Virus record (IMG/VR): IMGVR_UViG_3300031088_000782
Span: 160,001-224,000 of that record
DNA length: 64,000 nucleotides
Strand: one strand, 5' to 3'
From: a virus
Taxonomy: Duplodnaviria; Caudoviricetes
Numbering within the stretch: position 1 is the first letter of the stretch; the number at the start of each line of letters is the position of its first letter. The notes beneath the pieces were generated by a model, which saw nothing but the letters and a program-made list of their open reading frames with translations, was not told where the DNA came from and ran no database searches. The position numbers and the translations under genes are program-made. Below, in pieces: positions 9,635-18,813 of the stretch.

Positions 9635-9721
9635 GGAAGTGTGGCTGAGTCCGGTTTAAGGCGTTCGTCTCGAAAGCGAAAGTAGGTAACACTACCGCAG
9701 GTTCAAATCCTGTCACTTCCG
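9635..9721 (+). tRNA. tRNA-Ser(CGA)
   Basis: GGAAGTG/CACTTCC acceptor, TTCGT-CTCGAAA-GCGAA, long variable arm, G discriminator. Confidence 0.92.
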
Positions 9722-9766
9722 CATAATTGTTGTTGATAAATGATTTTATAAAGTGAGGATCTAACT

Positions 9767-9961
9767 ATGATTAACAAAGATTATAGAAAAACTGTTTATT
9801 TGTCTTTGGAAGAAAGAAAATCTATTGCAGATGAAGCTTTAAGGAAAAGCGGGTTCTCTTTTGAAGAATTGAAAAATCAATCTAAAAACAGACGATTTGA
9901 AACATTGCAAGCTAAACTTTCTTGGATGGTTATTTCAGCATACAAAAAACAGTCAAGATGA
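9767..9961 (+). CDS. Small hypothetical protein
   Basis: SD GAGGA; 64-aa ORF. Confidence 0.55.
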   Translation: MINKDYRKTVYLSLEERKSIADEALRKSGFSFEELKNQSKNRRFETLQAKLSWMVISAYKKQSR

Positions 9962-10045
9962 AAATTAAAAAAATAAGATATAATTTATTTAGTTTTATTT
10001 GACAAAATGTGATATAATTAAATAAAATGAATATAAATGTATTAA

Positions 10046-10118
10046 GCCCTTATAAGCTAATAGGATAAACTACCTCTCTCCTAAAGAGGATTTTTGGGTT
10101 CGAATCCCAATGAGGGCA
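10046..10118 (+). tRNA. tRNA-Arg(CCT)
   Basis: GCCCTTA/TGAGGGC acceptor, CCTCT-CTCCTAA-AGAGG, TTGGG-TTCGAAT-CCCAA. Confidence 0.88.
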
Positions 10119-10162
10119 CAATATGACAATTGCAATTTTTATTGGCGGGAGGTAAGATTATA

Positions 10163-10453
10163 ATGAAAAAAGTTCGAGAGGACATGAAGCCAATACCTTC
10201 GCCTTCTTTGCCGAAAATTTCTGAAATGACTAAAAATGATGCTAAAATAGCTATTGAAAAATTTTTAGTTGAATTCGAAAGTGTTATTGAAAAAAATCAC
10301 AAAAGAAACAAAAAGGCGCTCAAATATTGTATTCTTTGTGGAATTCGCAAAGGGTTTCTCATGTCTTGCGGAAGAAAAAATGTCAAATGTGCTTCATGGT
10401 GTCCAAGACCTTATTGGGAGATTGACAAAAGCGGAAATTATATTAAACAATAA
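10163..10453 (+). CDS. Hypothetical Cys-containing protein
   Basis: SD GGAGGT before ATG 10163; CxxC...C..C..WCP pattern. Confidence 0.6.
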   Translation: MKKVREDMKPIPSPSLPKISEMTKNDAKIAIEKFLVEFESVIEKNHKRNKKALKYCILCGIRKGFLMSCGRKNVKCASWCPRPYWEIDKSGNYIKQ

Positions 10454-10586
10454 TTGATAAAAATTTTCAAAGAAACACCAGTTAAATAATGATTAATTTC
10501 AATAAAGTTTGATATACTTATTAAAATAAAACTAACAATTATTTTTTAAAGCAATATGTAATAGATTCATTTATAGAAAGGCTACA

Positions 10587-10793
10587 ATGATGGCAAAAGT
10601 AACTTTTTCCGAAACAGAAGGAAAGCAGCAGAAGTATTCTTATACAGTGGATTATACTCTTCCTAAAGGATCATGGGATGCACGAGAAGTGCCTTCTGAG
10701 GTAGTTCAAGAGCTTGAAGCTGTTGTTCAGTCAGCCGATTGCCCTGATTTCATGTATTCACCAAGTGGAAATGTTTTAGTAACAGTTAGCTAA
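10587..10793 (+). CDS. Small hypothetical protein
   Basis: SD AAAGG; 68-aa ORF followed by a long hairpin. Confidence 0.65.
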   Translation: MMAKVTFSETEGKQQKYSYTVDYTLPKGSWDAREVPSEVVQELEAVVQSADCPDFMYSPSGNVLVTVS

Positions 10794-10820
10794 AAACAAA
10801 ACAATTAAAATATTAAATTT

Positions 10821-10876
10821 CAGGATAGGGACATTAATAAGTTTTATGGCTTTGACTTATTAATGTCCCTATCCTG
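10821..10876. terminator. 22-bp perfect inverted repeat
   Basis: CAGGATAGGGACATTAATAAGT / ACTTATTAATGTCCCTATCCTG. Confidence 0.7.
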
Positions 10877-10910
10877 CTTCATCATATAATTAAATAATTG
10901 ATATAATTAT

Positions 10911-11378
10911 ATGTCGATGAAGATATCTTACAAAACAATTTTAAAGAAACAGGAGCAAATTTTGTCAATTTTCAAAAGAAAACACCAAGAAGTCAAATAT
11001 AAAGATAACCGTTTCATCAGGAAAGAAAGAAAACTTTTTTCTGCCTATATTGAAATCGAACCGAAAATAGAAAATGCAAAAACTGGATACACAGTGAGAT
11101 ATTTTGAAGACACCGTTACCAAAGGATGGGAATCTTGCTTATACCGTCAAGGAAGCGAACGAATTAAATTAGCTAATGACCAAATGGTTTATAAAGGAGT
11201 TATCGAAATAAGGGCAAAAGATAAAGAAACTCTTCACGAAAGAATAAATAAAGTTATGGCGAATTCGAGTGAAGAAGCAGAAGTATCTTATAATCCCAAT
11301 AAACAAACTTTTTTATCTCGCACAACTCAACGATTTATCAAAATATCCTCTCAAAAAGAAGCAAATACTCCAGTATAA
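10911..11378 (+). CDS. Hypothetical basic protein
   Basis: 155-aa ORF, no recognised motif. Confidence 0.65.
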   Translation: MSMKISYKTILKKQEQILSIFKRKHQEVKYKDNRFIRKERKLFSAYIEIEPKIENAKTGYTVRYFEDTVTKGWESCLYRQGSERIKLANDQMVYKGVIEIRAKDKETLHERINKVMANSSEEAEVSYNPNKQTFLSRTTQRFIKISSQKEANTPV

Positions 11379-11472
11379 AAGCTCAATATTGATTTCATAA
11401 CAAATTTATGTTAAAATAATTGTGTAGTCATATTTCACAATGTTGATAAAATTTAATATATGTCTACATGAT

Positions 11473-11546
11473 GCCTCCATAGCTCAATTGGATAGAGCGT
11501 CTGACTTCGGATCAGAAGGTTGTGGGTTCGAATCCTACTGGAGGTG
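11473..11546 (+). tRNA. tRNA-Arg(TCG)
   Basis: GCCTCCA/TGGAGGT acceptor, TCTGA-CTTCGGA-TCAGA, GTGGG-TTCGAAT-CCTAC. Confidence 0.93.
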
Positions 11547-11672
11547 CAATGAATTTAATCGAGAAAGAAAACAGAATCGCACTTTTATTAAAATTATATT
11601 AATTTCATTTTTGAAATAAAAGAATAAAAATAAATAATAAGTTCGACAAATAAATCCATACGGAGATGAAAT

Positions 11673-12302
11673 ATGGAACAAACGAAAAAAGAATCAATAA
11701 ATGCACGAAGAAAAGTATTAAACAAAAGAAGAGCAGAAGCATTCTATCCTACACTTACAAAAGGGAAACACAAAATTCTTACAGAAATTTTCGACATTCC
11801 TCTTTATTACACAAAACGAGATGAAGAAACAGACATCGTTCTTTATGGAGAGGGATACAACAGATTCCCCCTCACTGTTATACCTATCAAACAGGCGATT
11901 GCATCACATATTTGTACATACTTACAGAATTCTCATGAAAATGCCTTAGAAGGACTTCTGCAGTCTTTTATAGTCAGAGGGTATACAGATAATAACACAG
12001 ATTTGATGAACAGTTTAAACAAATTTTCAGAAAATATTTACAAGCCCTCTTCTTCTGAGAGTAGCGTTGAATCAAATCCTCTATTGCATTGGCAAGACGG
12101 ATTGAGAGTTTCATACAAACCAAGCAAAAACAGCGCTTATACCAATCGAAACATCAGTGCAGAACAATTTGTATTGTCTAAAATCGGGGAATACATTCTT
12201 CAAGAACGACCTGAACTTATGAAAGATATGTTCACTTCTGAAGAAGAAAACATTTTGACGATTTTCAAAGATTCATCAAGATACGATAAGATAGACAAAT
12301 AA
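11673..12302 (+). CDS. Hypothetical protein
   Basis: SD GGAG; 209-aa ORF. Confidence 0.7.
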   Translation: MEQTKKESINARRKVLNKRRAEAFYPTLTKGKHKILTEIFDIPLYYTKRDEETDIVLYGEGYNRFPLTVIPIKQAIASHICTYLQNSHENALEGLLQSFIVRGYTDNNTDLMNSLNKFSENIYKPSSSESSVESNPLLHWQDGLRVSYKPSKNSAYTNRNISAEQFVLSKIGEYILQERPELMKDMFTSEEENILTIFKDSSRYDKIDK

Positions 12303-12407
12303 TAATTCAAGTTTCACAAAAACGATATAATAAAAGGGCAGAATCGAAAATCTGTCCTTTTATTATGACAAAATTCAACAAAAAGCAAAAACAACAAAGG
12401 TAGGAAA

Positions 12408-13382
12408 ATGGTTAAAGAAATAGAAGAGAAGACTTTTGATTACAAAAACGTCAGGCTGTTAGCTAAAAAATGCATTATCGAATCTCGATCACAAGCAGAC
12501 GTAACTGTTAGATTAGGAAACAGAGTTTTCAATAGCCCAGCATTGCCTGCAAATATGTCTACAATTATTGATGAAACCCTTGCACAATGGTTAGCTGAAA
12601 ATAATTTTTTCTACGTGATGCATAGATTTGATGTAGATCCTGTTGAATTTGTCAAAAATTTCAACAGCAAAAAACTTTTCACATCTATTTCATTAGGGAT
12701 TAAAGAAATAGATTACACACATGTTGACAATCTTAAAAAAGAAAACCTATCTCCTGATTACATTACTATTGATGTTGCTCACGGACATTCTGATTATGTG
12801 ATCAAAATGATTAAATACGTTAAAAACCATCTTCCAAAATCTTATGTTATTGCGGGAAATGTGGGTACCGCAGAAGGTGCTCTTGAATTAGAAGAAGCGG
12901 GGGCAGATTGTTTGAAGATTGGGTTGGGACCTGGTTCAGCATGTTTAACTTCACCTAACACTGGTTTCGGAACACGAGATCATCAATTATCCTCTATACT
13001 TAAAATTTCTGAAGTTTTAAAAACCGCAGATTTGATCGCTGATGGCGGAATTAGAGAATATGGAGATATTGCCAAATCAATAGCTTTTGGTGCTGATATG
13101 GTGATGATCGGTGGTATGTTTGCAGGTCATGACGAAAACCCCGGAGATCTTATCGAAGATGAAAATGGTGAAAAGTTTAAAATATTCTTTGGTAGTGCAA
13201 GTGAGCACCAAAAAGGCGAATCAAAGCATGTCGAAGGAAAGAAGATGCTTGTTTCATACAAAGGATCTATCTCTTCAACTTTGCAAACAATTACAGAAAA
13301 CTTGCAATCATCTGTTTCTTATGCAGGAGGGAAAGAGCTTAAAGATTTAAGAAACGTAGACTATGTTTTAGTTGATATGTGA
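12408..13382 (+). CDS. guaC: GMP reductase
   Basis: [61 protein letters not shown]. Confidence 0.92.
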   Translation: MVKEIEEKTFDYKNVRLLAKKCIIESRSQADVTVRLGNRVFNSPALPANMSTIIDETLAQWLAENNFFYVMHRFDVDPVEFVKNFNSKKLFTSISLGIKEIDYTHVDNLKKENLSPDYITIDVAHGHSDYVIKMIKYVKNHLPKSYVIAGNVGTAEGALELEEAGADCLKIGLGPGSACLTSPNTGFGTRDHQLSSILKISEVLKTADLIADGGIREYGDIAKSIAFGADMVMIGGMFAGHDENPGDLIEDENGEKFKIFFGSASEHQKGESKHVEGKKMLVSYKGSISSTLQTITENLQSSVSYAGGKELKDLRNVDYVLVDM

Positions 13383-13483
13383 AAATTTTGACAAAATTGA
13401 TATAACTTAATAACAATTTTCAAAAAGGCTGGTGCAATTTAAATAAAATTTTGCACCAGCCTGAATTTATAAGGAGAGAAAAA

Positions 13484-14227
13484 ATGGACACTTCGAAAAT
13501 TGAAACTAAACCTGCTTTTGCCTATACAGAGACAGAAAACAAAACCAATACTTTCACTGGTGGAAAGCCATTCATCAATGATGATTTCAAATTTCCTTAT
13601 GATAAGGACGGTAATCCACTTGTGTTCTTCTGCCAATTAGATTTAAGTGAGGTGGATCAAAGAATAATCAATCATCTTCATCTCCCTGAAAGGGGATTTA
13701 TACAGTTCTATCATGGTGGAGACGATCTTATGGGAATGGACTTTGATTCAGACAATTATATGGACAATAGTGTTTCGAAAATATTATATCTTGATAAAGC
13801 GTTTGATGAAGATTTTGATATGCCAAAAGAATACAAAGAAGACATGACCGATTATTCTCCTTTGGAAAATTCTATCAACAGAGACAATAGAAGGATTTTT
13901 TATAAAGGCGAATATATTGATATGCTTCCTTTTCCAAATTCTAACGATAATCCAGCTATCACAGAAGAAGACAGCTACGGAGAAGAGTATATGGATTATT
14001 ATGAAAAATCTAACGAAAAATATTATGAATTGTATTTAGGAGGATATCCACATTTTGTTCAATGGGACTTTAGGAACAAAGATCGCGAAATGAGCCTTCT
14101 TCTTGGCTCTGAAAGCGGTAACACTATAATGTGGGGAGATACAGGGGCTGGAGGATTTTGGGTTCCTCAGAATAATCTTGAGGAGCAAGATTATTCGCAA
14201 TCTTTCATCTTCTGGGATTGTGGATGA
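13484..14227 (+). CDS. DUF1963 (YwqG-like) protein
   Basis: GGKP, PLVFFCQLDL, LPERGFIQF, LGGYPHFVQ, MWGDTG, WDC. Confidence 0.85.
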   Translation: MDTSKIETKPAFAYTETENKTNTFTGGKPFINDDFKFPYDKDGNPLVFFCQLDLSEVDQRIINHLHLPERGFIQFYHGGDDLMGMDFDSDNYMDNSVSKILYLDKAFDEDFDMPKEYKEDMTDYSPLENSINRDNRRIFYKGEYIDMLPFPNSNDNPAITEEDSYGEEYMDYYEKSNEKYYELYLGGYPHFVQWDFRNKDREMSLLLGSESGNTIMWGDTGAGGFWVPQNNLEEQDYSQSFIFWDCG

Positions 14228-14239
14228 TTAATAATTTAT

Positions 14240-14294
14240 TAATGAACAGGATAATAGTCGCTAATCTACTTAAAAGGTGCTATCCTGTTCATTA
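14240..14294. terminator. Inverted repeat after DUF1963 gene
   Basis: TAATGAACAGGATA / TATCCTGTTCATTA. Confidence 0.5.
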
Positions 14295-14398
14295 AGTAAA
14301 AAATATGACTTTTATTCAATCGCAGTAGTTCTACCAACTATATCTTTGTTTTAATTTGGTAGAATAAGAATTATCAAATAACTTCAAAACCAAGATAG

Positions 14399-15124
14399 GT
14401 GAATTTTATGAACATTTCTGAATCAAAACTTCCTGAATGGTTGAAAAAAGAACTTCCTGAACCTCAACTTCCATCAGTAATTTCATGGACAGAAGAAGAT
14501 GGATATATAGTTTTTGATGAAATTCATGAAGAAACAGACAATTTTGAAACTCTTGAAGAGGCATATGATTTTACTGAAAATTATCTTAAAACTGAAGTAA
14601 TTTTTGATGAATCAATTCCAGAATTAAACGAAGAAAATAATAATAATTTTTCAAGAATGCTATTTGGTACTCCTGATGATCGCGGAAATTCAAGATTGCT
14701 ATTTTCCTCACCAGATAAACAAAAAATTGAAGACCTTGAAGAAGTATACGAAAATTTTCTCAACCTCGCAGAAAAATATTATAACAACAAAAACGACTTC
14801 ATGACAGCTTATGATTTTGTTGATACACATCCTGCTTTTTGGGTAAAACTCTTAAAAGACAAAGAAAAAACATTTCTCTGGGAAACTGAATCTCATTGTA
14901 TAAAAATCTGGTCAATGCCGATTAAAAACGATGATAATATGTTTTGGGCTTTGGAAACAGGTATGCACATTGATCCAGATTATGTTGAACATTATCACGA
15001 CTGGCGAATTGATGCATCTGGTAGTACTATTGAAGAAGCTTATATAAATCTTGCTGCAAATATTGATAAATACTACAATCTTGATGGAACTGAAAAAGAA
15101 ATAGAGACAGATGACGAAGAATGA
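14399..15124 (+). CDS. Hypothetical acidic protein
   Basis: 241-aa ORF overlapping the next gene. Confidence 0.7.
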   Translation: MNFMNISESKLPEWLKKELPEPQLPSVISWTEEDGYIVFDEIHEETDNFETLEEAYDFTENYLKTEVIFDESIPELNEENNNNFSRMLFGTPDDRGNSRLLFSSPDKQKIEDLEEVYENFLNLAEKYYNNKNDFMTAYDFVDTHPAFWVKLLKDKEKTFLWETESHCIKIWSMPIKNDDNMFWALETGMHIDPDYVEHYHDWRIDASGSTIEEAYINLAANIDKYYNLDGTEKEIETDDEE

Positions 15125-15599
15125 CGAAAACTCAAAAAGGAATGACATTCTGACATGGGATGAAACTTTTATATCTATTGCACATGTTGTCAAACAACGT
15201 TCAAAAGATCCAGTTACTCAAGTAGGAGCATGTATTGTATCTTCGGATAACAGAATTTTGACGTTGGGATACAATGGTGCTCCCAACGGTTTTGATGATG
15301 ATGACTTTCCTTGGGGCAAAACAGGCGATGAAATTTCGACAAAATATCCTTATGTTGTTCACGCTGAAAGAAATGCCATTTTGAATTTCAGGGGTTCTTT
15401 AAGAGAATTCAATAACGCAACCATTTATGTTACTCTTTTTCCTTGCAATGAATGCGCAAAAGAAATCATTCAAACAGGAATAAAAGAGGTAGTTTATGAA
15501 AAAATGCCTGATAAAAGAAAAACATCAACAGAAGCGTCTATTATCATGTTCGAAAAAACAGGTGTGAAAATACGAGAAATTGGCAGTTATGAAATATAA
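15111..15599 (+). CDS. dCMP deaminase
   Basis: RSKDP.TQVGACIV, GYNG, VVHAERNAI, TLFPCNECAK. Confidence 0.93.
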   Translation: MTKNDENSKRNDILTWDETFISIAHVVKQRSKDPVTQVGACIVSSDNRILTLGYNGAPNGFDDDDFPWGKTGDEISTKYPYVVHAERNAILNFRGSLREFNNATIYVTLFPCNECAKEIIQTGIKEVVYEKMPDKRKTSTEASIIMFEKTGVKIREIGSYEI

Positions 15600-15688
15600 C
15601 AAACATTTTTAAAAATAATTTTGAAAAGTTTTTTAATTTTCGATCTTTTAAATAAAAATGTGGTATACTGATATTAGAAACTAAACAT

Positions 15689-15762
15689 CGCGGGATGGAG
15701 TAGTTAGGTAACTCGTGTGGCTCATAATCACAAGATCGGGGGTTCAAATCCCTCTCCCGCCA
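15689..15762 (+). tRNA. Initiator-type tRNA-fMet(CAT), second copy, atypical anticodon stem
   Basis: CGCGGGA/TCCCGCC with C1:C72 mismatch; TGTGG-CTCATAA-TCACA; D-arm identical to the 3618 copy. Confidence 0.86.
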
Positions 15763-15766
15763 CAAC

Positions 15767-15804
15767 AAAAAGAAGCTCTTTCGTAATGGAAGAGCTTCTT
15801 TTTT
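15767..15804 (+). terminator. Intrinsic terminator
   Basis: AAGAAGCTCTT / AAGAGCTTCTT plus T tract. Confidence 0.75.
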
Positions 15805-15895
15805 AATATTTTCAAAAAAACAGTTGACATGATGAACAAAAATGTGTTATTATATAGGTATTGAAAGAAACACTACTAACAGGAGTAAGATTAAA

Positions 15896-16885
15896 ATGTC
15901 ACAGTTTATCAAAATGGCTTGGATGTTCTTCTGGCGTATCAGTCTTGTTACCGCCATTCTCGGAGACCTCCATATCCTTGCCAATGCTTTTGTTTCACTT
16001 GCTCTTGCTGGTGTTATTCGATTTGTTTTCAAGAAGACGGTTCCCGTTTTCCCTATTATCAATCTGTTCAAGGGAAACAGTATTTTCAGGAATCATGATG
16101 GAAGTGTTTCTCAGACTAAGCAGAATGTTGATAACACTCCTTATGCCAACAAGACTATCGTTGAGCATCCTGTCTATAATGGACAATTCACAGGATACGA
16201 ACCTATGCCCCTGAGCAATGTTTCTGTCCCTAATCCTCAGCTTGTTGCAAGTATGCGAGGAGTCCCCGGATCTGGTCTTGATTCAGCTATGCATATGGGA
16301 GAAGCAAACATCAAGAGCGGACAGATTGGTGAGGCTAATTTCTCCAAAGCCCTCAGTATCACCAATGTGGGAGGATATAATCAGGGATTCATGGATAATA
16401 ATTCTATTATCAACAATGTCAATAGTTTCTGGTCTGTTGCTATGCCTACCAAAGAAAGTATTTCTGAGCGAGATAACAACAATACAGACATTGACTGTGT
16501 TCTCGTTTCAGGAGATGAAATTCTCCTTGTTGATACGAAGTTTTACAAGTCAGGTGATGTTACCTACAAGGCTCATGAAGATATGATTTACTGTGAGGAT
16601 AACTATAACGGAAACCTTGTCGGACAACCTCATCGCATGACTAAGAACATGCAAATGGCACAAGATCGATTCAAGAAGCATTTCCCGAATATGCGTGTTT
16701 CTTCTATTGTTGTTCTCATGCCTACTGATTCAGGAACGCCTAATATTAAAAACGTCTATTGGCCGGGAAATATCCAAGCTGTAAATGTTTATGATGCTCT
16801 TCGTAGGGCGGGGCAGATGTCTTACAATAAGGCATCCACTGACACTGAAGTTCTTTACAAGATTTCAATGCTCATTAAAAACTAA
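15896..16885 (+). CDS. Membrane-anchored NERD-like nuclease-domain protein
   Basis: N-terminal TM; GQIGE, DIDCVLVSGDEILLVDTKFYK. Confidence 0.7.
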   Translation: MSQFIKMAWMFFWRISLVTAILGDLHILANAFVSLALAGVIRFVFKKTVPVFPIINLFKGNSIFRNHDGSVSQTKQNVDNTPYANKTIVEHPVYNGQFTGYEPMPLSNVSVPNPQLVASMRGVPGSGLDSAMHMGEANIKSGQIGEANFSKALSITNVGGYNQGFMDNNSIINNVNSFWSVAMPTKESISERDNNNTDIDCVLVSGDEILLVDTKFYKSGDVTYKAHEDMIYCEDNYNGNLVGQPHRMTKNMQMAQDRFKKHFPNMRVSSIVVLMPTDSGTPNIKNVYWPGNIQAVNVYDALRRAGQMSYNKASTDTEVLYKISMLIKN

Positions 16886-16899
16886 AAATTGCTAAACCC

Positions 16900-16940
16900 A
16901 AAAAGCGGTGTCATCTAAAAATAGGTGGCACCGCTTTTTT
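16900..16940 (+). terminator. Intrinsic terminator
   Basis: AAAAAGCGGTGTCATCT / AGGTGGCACCGCTTTTT. Confidence 0.75.
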
Positions 16941-17001
16941 GATATGATAAATAAAGGTAATAAACATAGAAAAATAAACAACTTCAACAAAAGGAAAATA
17001 C

Positions 17002-17553
17002 ATGACTGACAATAGAACAGATTACGACAAAGTTCTAGAATTTTACACAGCATTCAAACAGGATGAATTCATTCCCTCAAAAGACAAAAAAGCCTCTTTG
17101 GATAAGGATACAATTTCAGAGGACAGATTGAGCCTTAAAATGGATTTGATTGCCGAAGAATTTATTGAACTTATTGAAGCTGTTTACGGACTCAAAGCCG
17201 CTCAAGAATTAGAAGAGGGATGGCTGAAAGCTAAGTCTTTAGATGACGGAACTCGTGACATCGTTGGTGCAGCAGACGCTTTAGGTGATATGAGATATGT
17301 CATTTCTGGTTTAGAAATCGAATCAAACATTCCCTCTACTCTAATTTTTGATGAAATTCATAAATCCAATCTTAGCAAATTAGATGATAACGGAGATCCG
17401 ATTCTTTCAGATGGAATTACACCTGCAGTGCATGATGGAAAAATTAAACCAAAAGGTAAAATTCTTAAAGGAGAAAACTATTTCGAACCAGATTTGCAGG
17501 CAATCATTGATGGACAAGAGCCAGATCGAACTCCTGAATTAAAAAATAAGTAA
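17002..17553 (+). CDS. MazG-like / PRA-PH-like nucleotide pyrophosphohydrolase
   Basis: LIAEEFIEL, ADALGDMRYV, FDEIHKSNLSK, GKILKG. Confidence 0.85.
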   Translation: MTDNRTDYDKVLEFYTAFKQDEFIPSKDKKASLDKDTISEDRLSLKMDLIAEEFIELIEAVYGLKAAQELEEGWLKAKSLDDGTRDIVGAADALGDMRYVISGLEIESNIPSTLIFDEIHKSNLSKLDDNGDPILSDGITPAVHDGKIKPKGKILKGENYFEPDLQAIIDGQEPDRTPELKNK

Positions 17554-17600
17554 TAATTATTTTTTCAAAATAGAATCTACATTAGGAGAGATCTAAAATT

Positions 17601-18296
17601 ATGAAAATAAAATATATTGGAAGGTTTGTTTCATCAACATTGATTGTAGGCTTGTTATTATCAGGATGCACAAGTAACAATACACCTGATGACGAACAAA
17701 CTGCTACCTCTGCACCAACTCAGCAGGAAACAACAGAACAGTCAATTAACAAATTCTTCACTGACTATTACACAACATGGATCAACAATCCTGATTCAGT
17801 AGAAGATTCTATTAAAGTTGACGAAGCTTTTATGGAAATTTTCGGGCCAGAAAATTATGAAGGTTTATATGATACTGCGAATGATCCAGAAAAATTATTT
17901 AAAAAATTAGATGATAAACAAATTAAGGAATTAGCAGATAAACTTGAAGAAATTAATAAAATTTCTAAATTTTATGATTTCCGTAAAACTTCTGATAAAG
18001 ATAGAGCTTATGTTAATTTAACGGCTATAACTTATTCTCAAATGCTTCAAGGAGCAAGCGGGAAAAAAGTTAATGTAACTGTTTCTTCAAATGATAATTT
18101 TGCAATAAAAGATAACTCAATAACAATTCAATCCTCTGATGTAATTTTTGAATTAGACGGAACAAGATTACCTAATAGCAATGAAGAATCAGGAATTGAA
18201 AAAACAAAACTTAATCGTGTTGATGGAAAATGGAAAATTGATGCGTCTGACATGATGAAACAAGTAAACAAAAAGCTCAAAGAAAATAAAAAGTAA
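17601..18296 (+). CDS. Putative lipoprotein
   Basis: Signal peptide with lipobox LLSG-C, then Thr/Gln-rich linker. Confidence 0.75.
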   Translation: MKIKYIGRFVSSTLIVGLLLSGCTSNNTPDDEQTATSAPTQQETTEQSINKFFTDYYTTWINNPDSVEDSIKVDEAFMEIFGPENYEGLYDTANDPEKLFKKLDDKQIKELADKLEEINKISKFYDFRKTSDKDRAYVNLTAITYSQMLQGASGKKVNVTVSSNDNFAIKDNSITIQSSDVIFELDGTRLPNSNEESGIEKTKLNRVDGKWKIDASDMMKQVNKKLKENKK

Positions 18297-18310
18297 TTTT
18301 AATCTTTAAA

Positions 18311-18353
18311 AACTGTGGGTGAAGATTGATTAAGTTGATCTTCACCCACAGTT
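18311..18353. terminator. 16-bp hairpin whose right arm overlaps the next promoter
   Basis: AACTGTGGGTGAAGAT / ATCTTCACCCACAGTT. Confidence 0.65.
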
Positions 18354-18363
18354 CTGATATAAT
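18335..18363 (+). promoter_or_regulatory. Promoter for the SRP RNA-tmRNA unit
   Basis: TTGATC (18335-18340), 17 bp, TGa-TATAAT (18358-18363); predicted start coincides with the hairpin 5' end. Confidence 0.75.
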
Positions 18364-18367
18364 GATA

Positions 18368-18459
18368 ATGTAAGAAGCTCAGGTGTGATTTTTTACTCAA
18401 CGGTTCAGGTTGGGAACAAAGCAGACCAAGTAGAATTGAACAGGTTGGACTTCTTACAT
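18368..18459 (+). ncRNA. ffs: Small bacterial-type SRP (4.5S) RNA
   Basis: Long hairpin closed by ATGTAAGAAG/CTTCTTACAT; apical GGT-TCAGG-TTG-GGAA-CAA-AGCAG-ACC reproduces the helix-8 symmetric loop and GNRA tetraloop; 4/1 asymmetric loop CAAC/A. Confidence 0.85.
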
Positions 18460-18463
18460 ATAA

Positions 18464-18813
18464 GGGGATGCATTAGGTTTCGACTTATGATCTGATTATT
18501 AAAAAGCAGGTAGCCATTAAGAAGTTGGCTTTAAAAAATCTTAAACAAATAATTGCAAACGCAAATAAAAACGCTTACGCACTAGCTGCCTGAGCCGTTC
18601 ATATTAGATATATTGTTCTCGATACTAATATGAACGTCATTTTAAGAGAACACTTTACCTGAACTAAGTTTCATAAGGATAAAGTAAAAGAAACTAAACT
18701 AAATATAATTTTTGGCAACAGTTGAAATATTTAGTTAATAAACAGTTGCGAAACCTGTAATTCTTTTTAATATGACAATCGTAAGGACAGGGGTTCGACT
18801 CCCCTCATCTCCA
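18464..18813 (+). ncRNA. ssrA: tmRNA
   Basis: 5' GGGGATG..TTTCGAC; 3' GGGGTTCGACTCCCCTCATCTCCA; tag frame 18555-18593 ANANKNAYALAA-stop. Confidence 0.93.
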
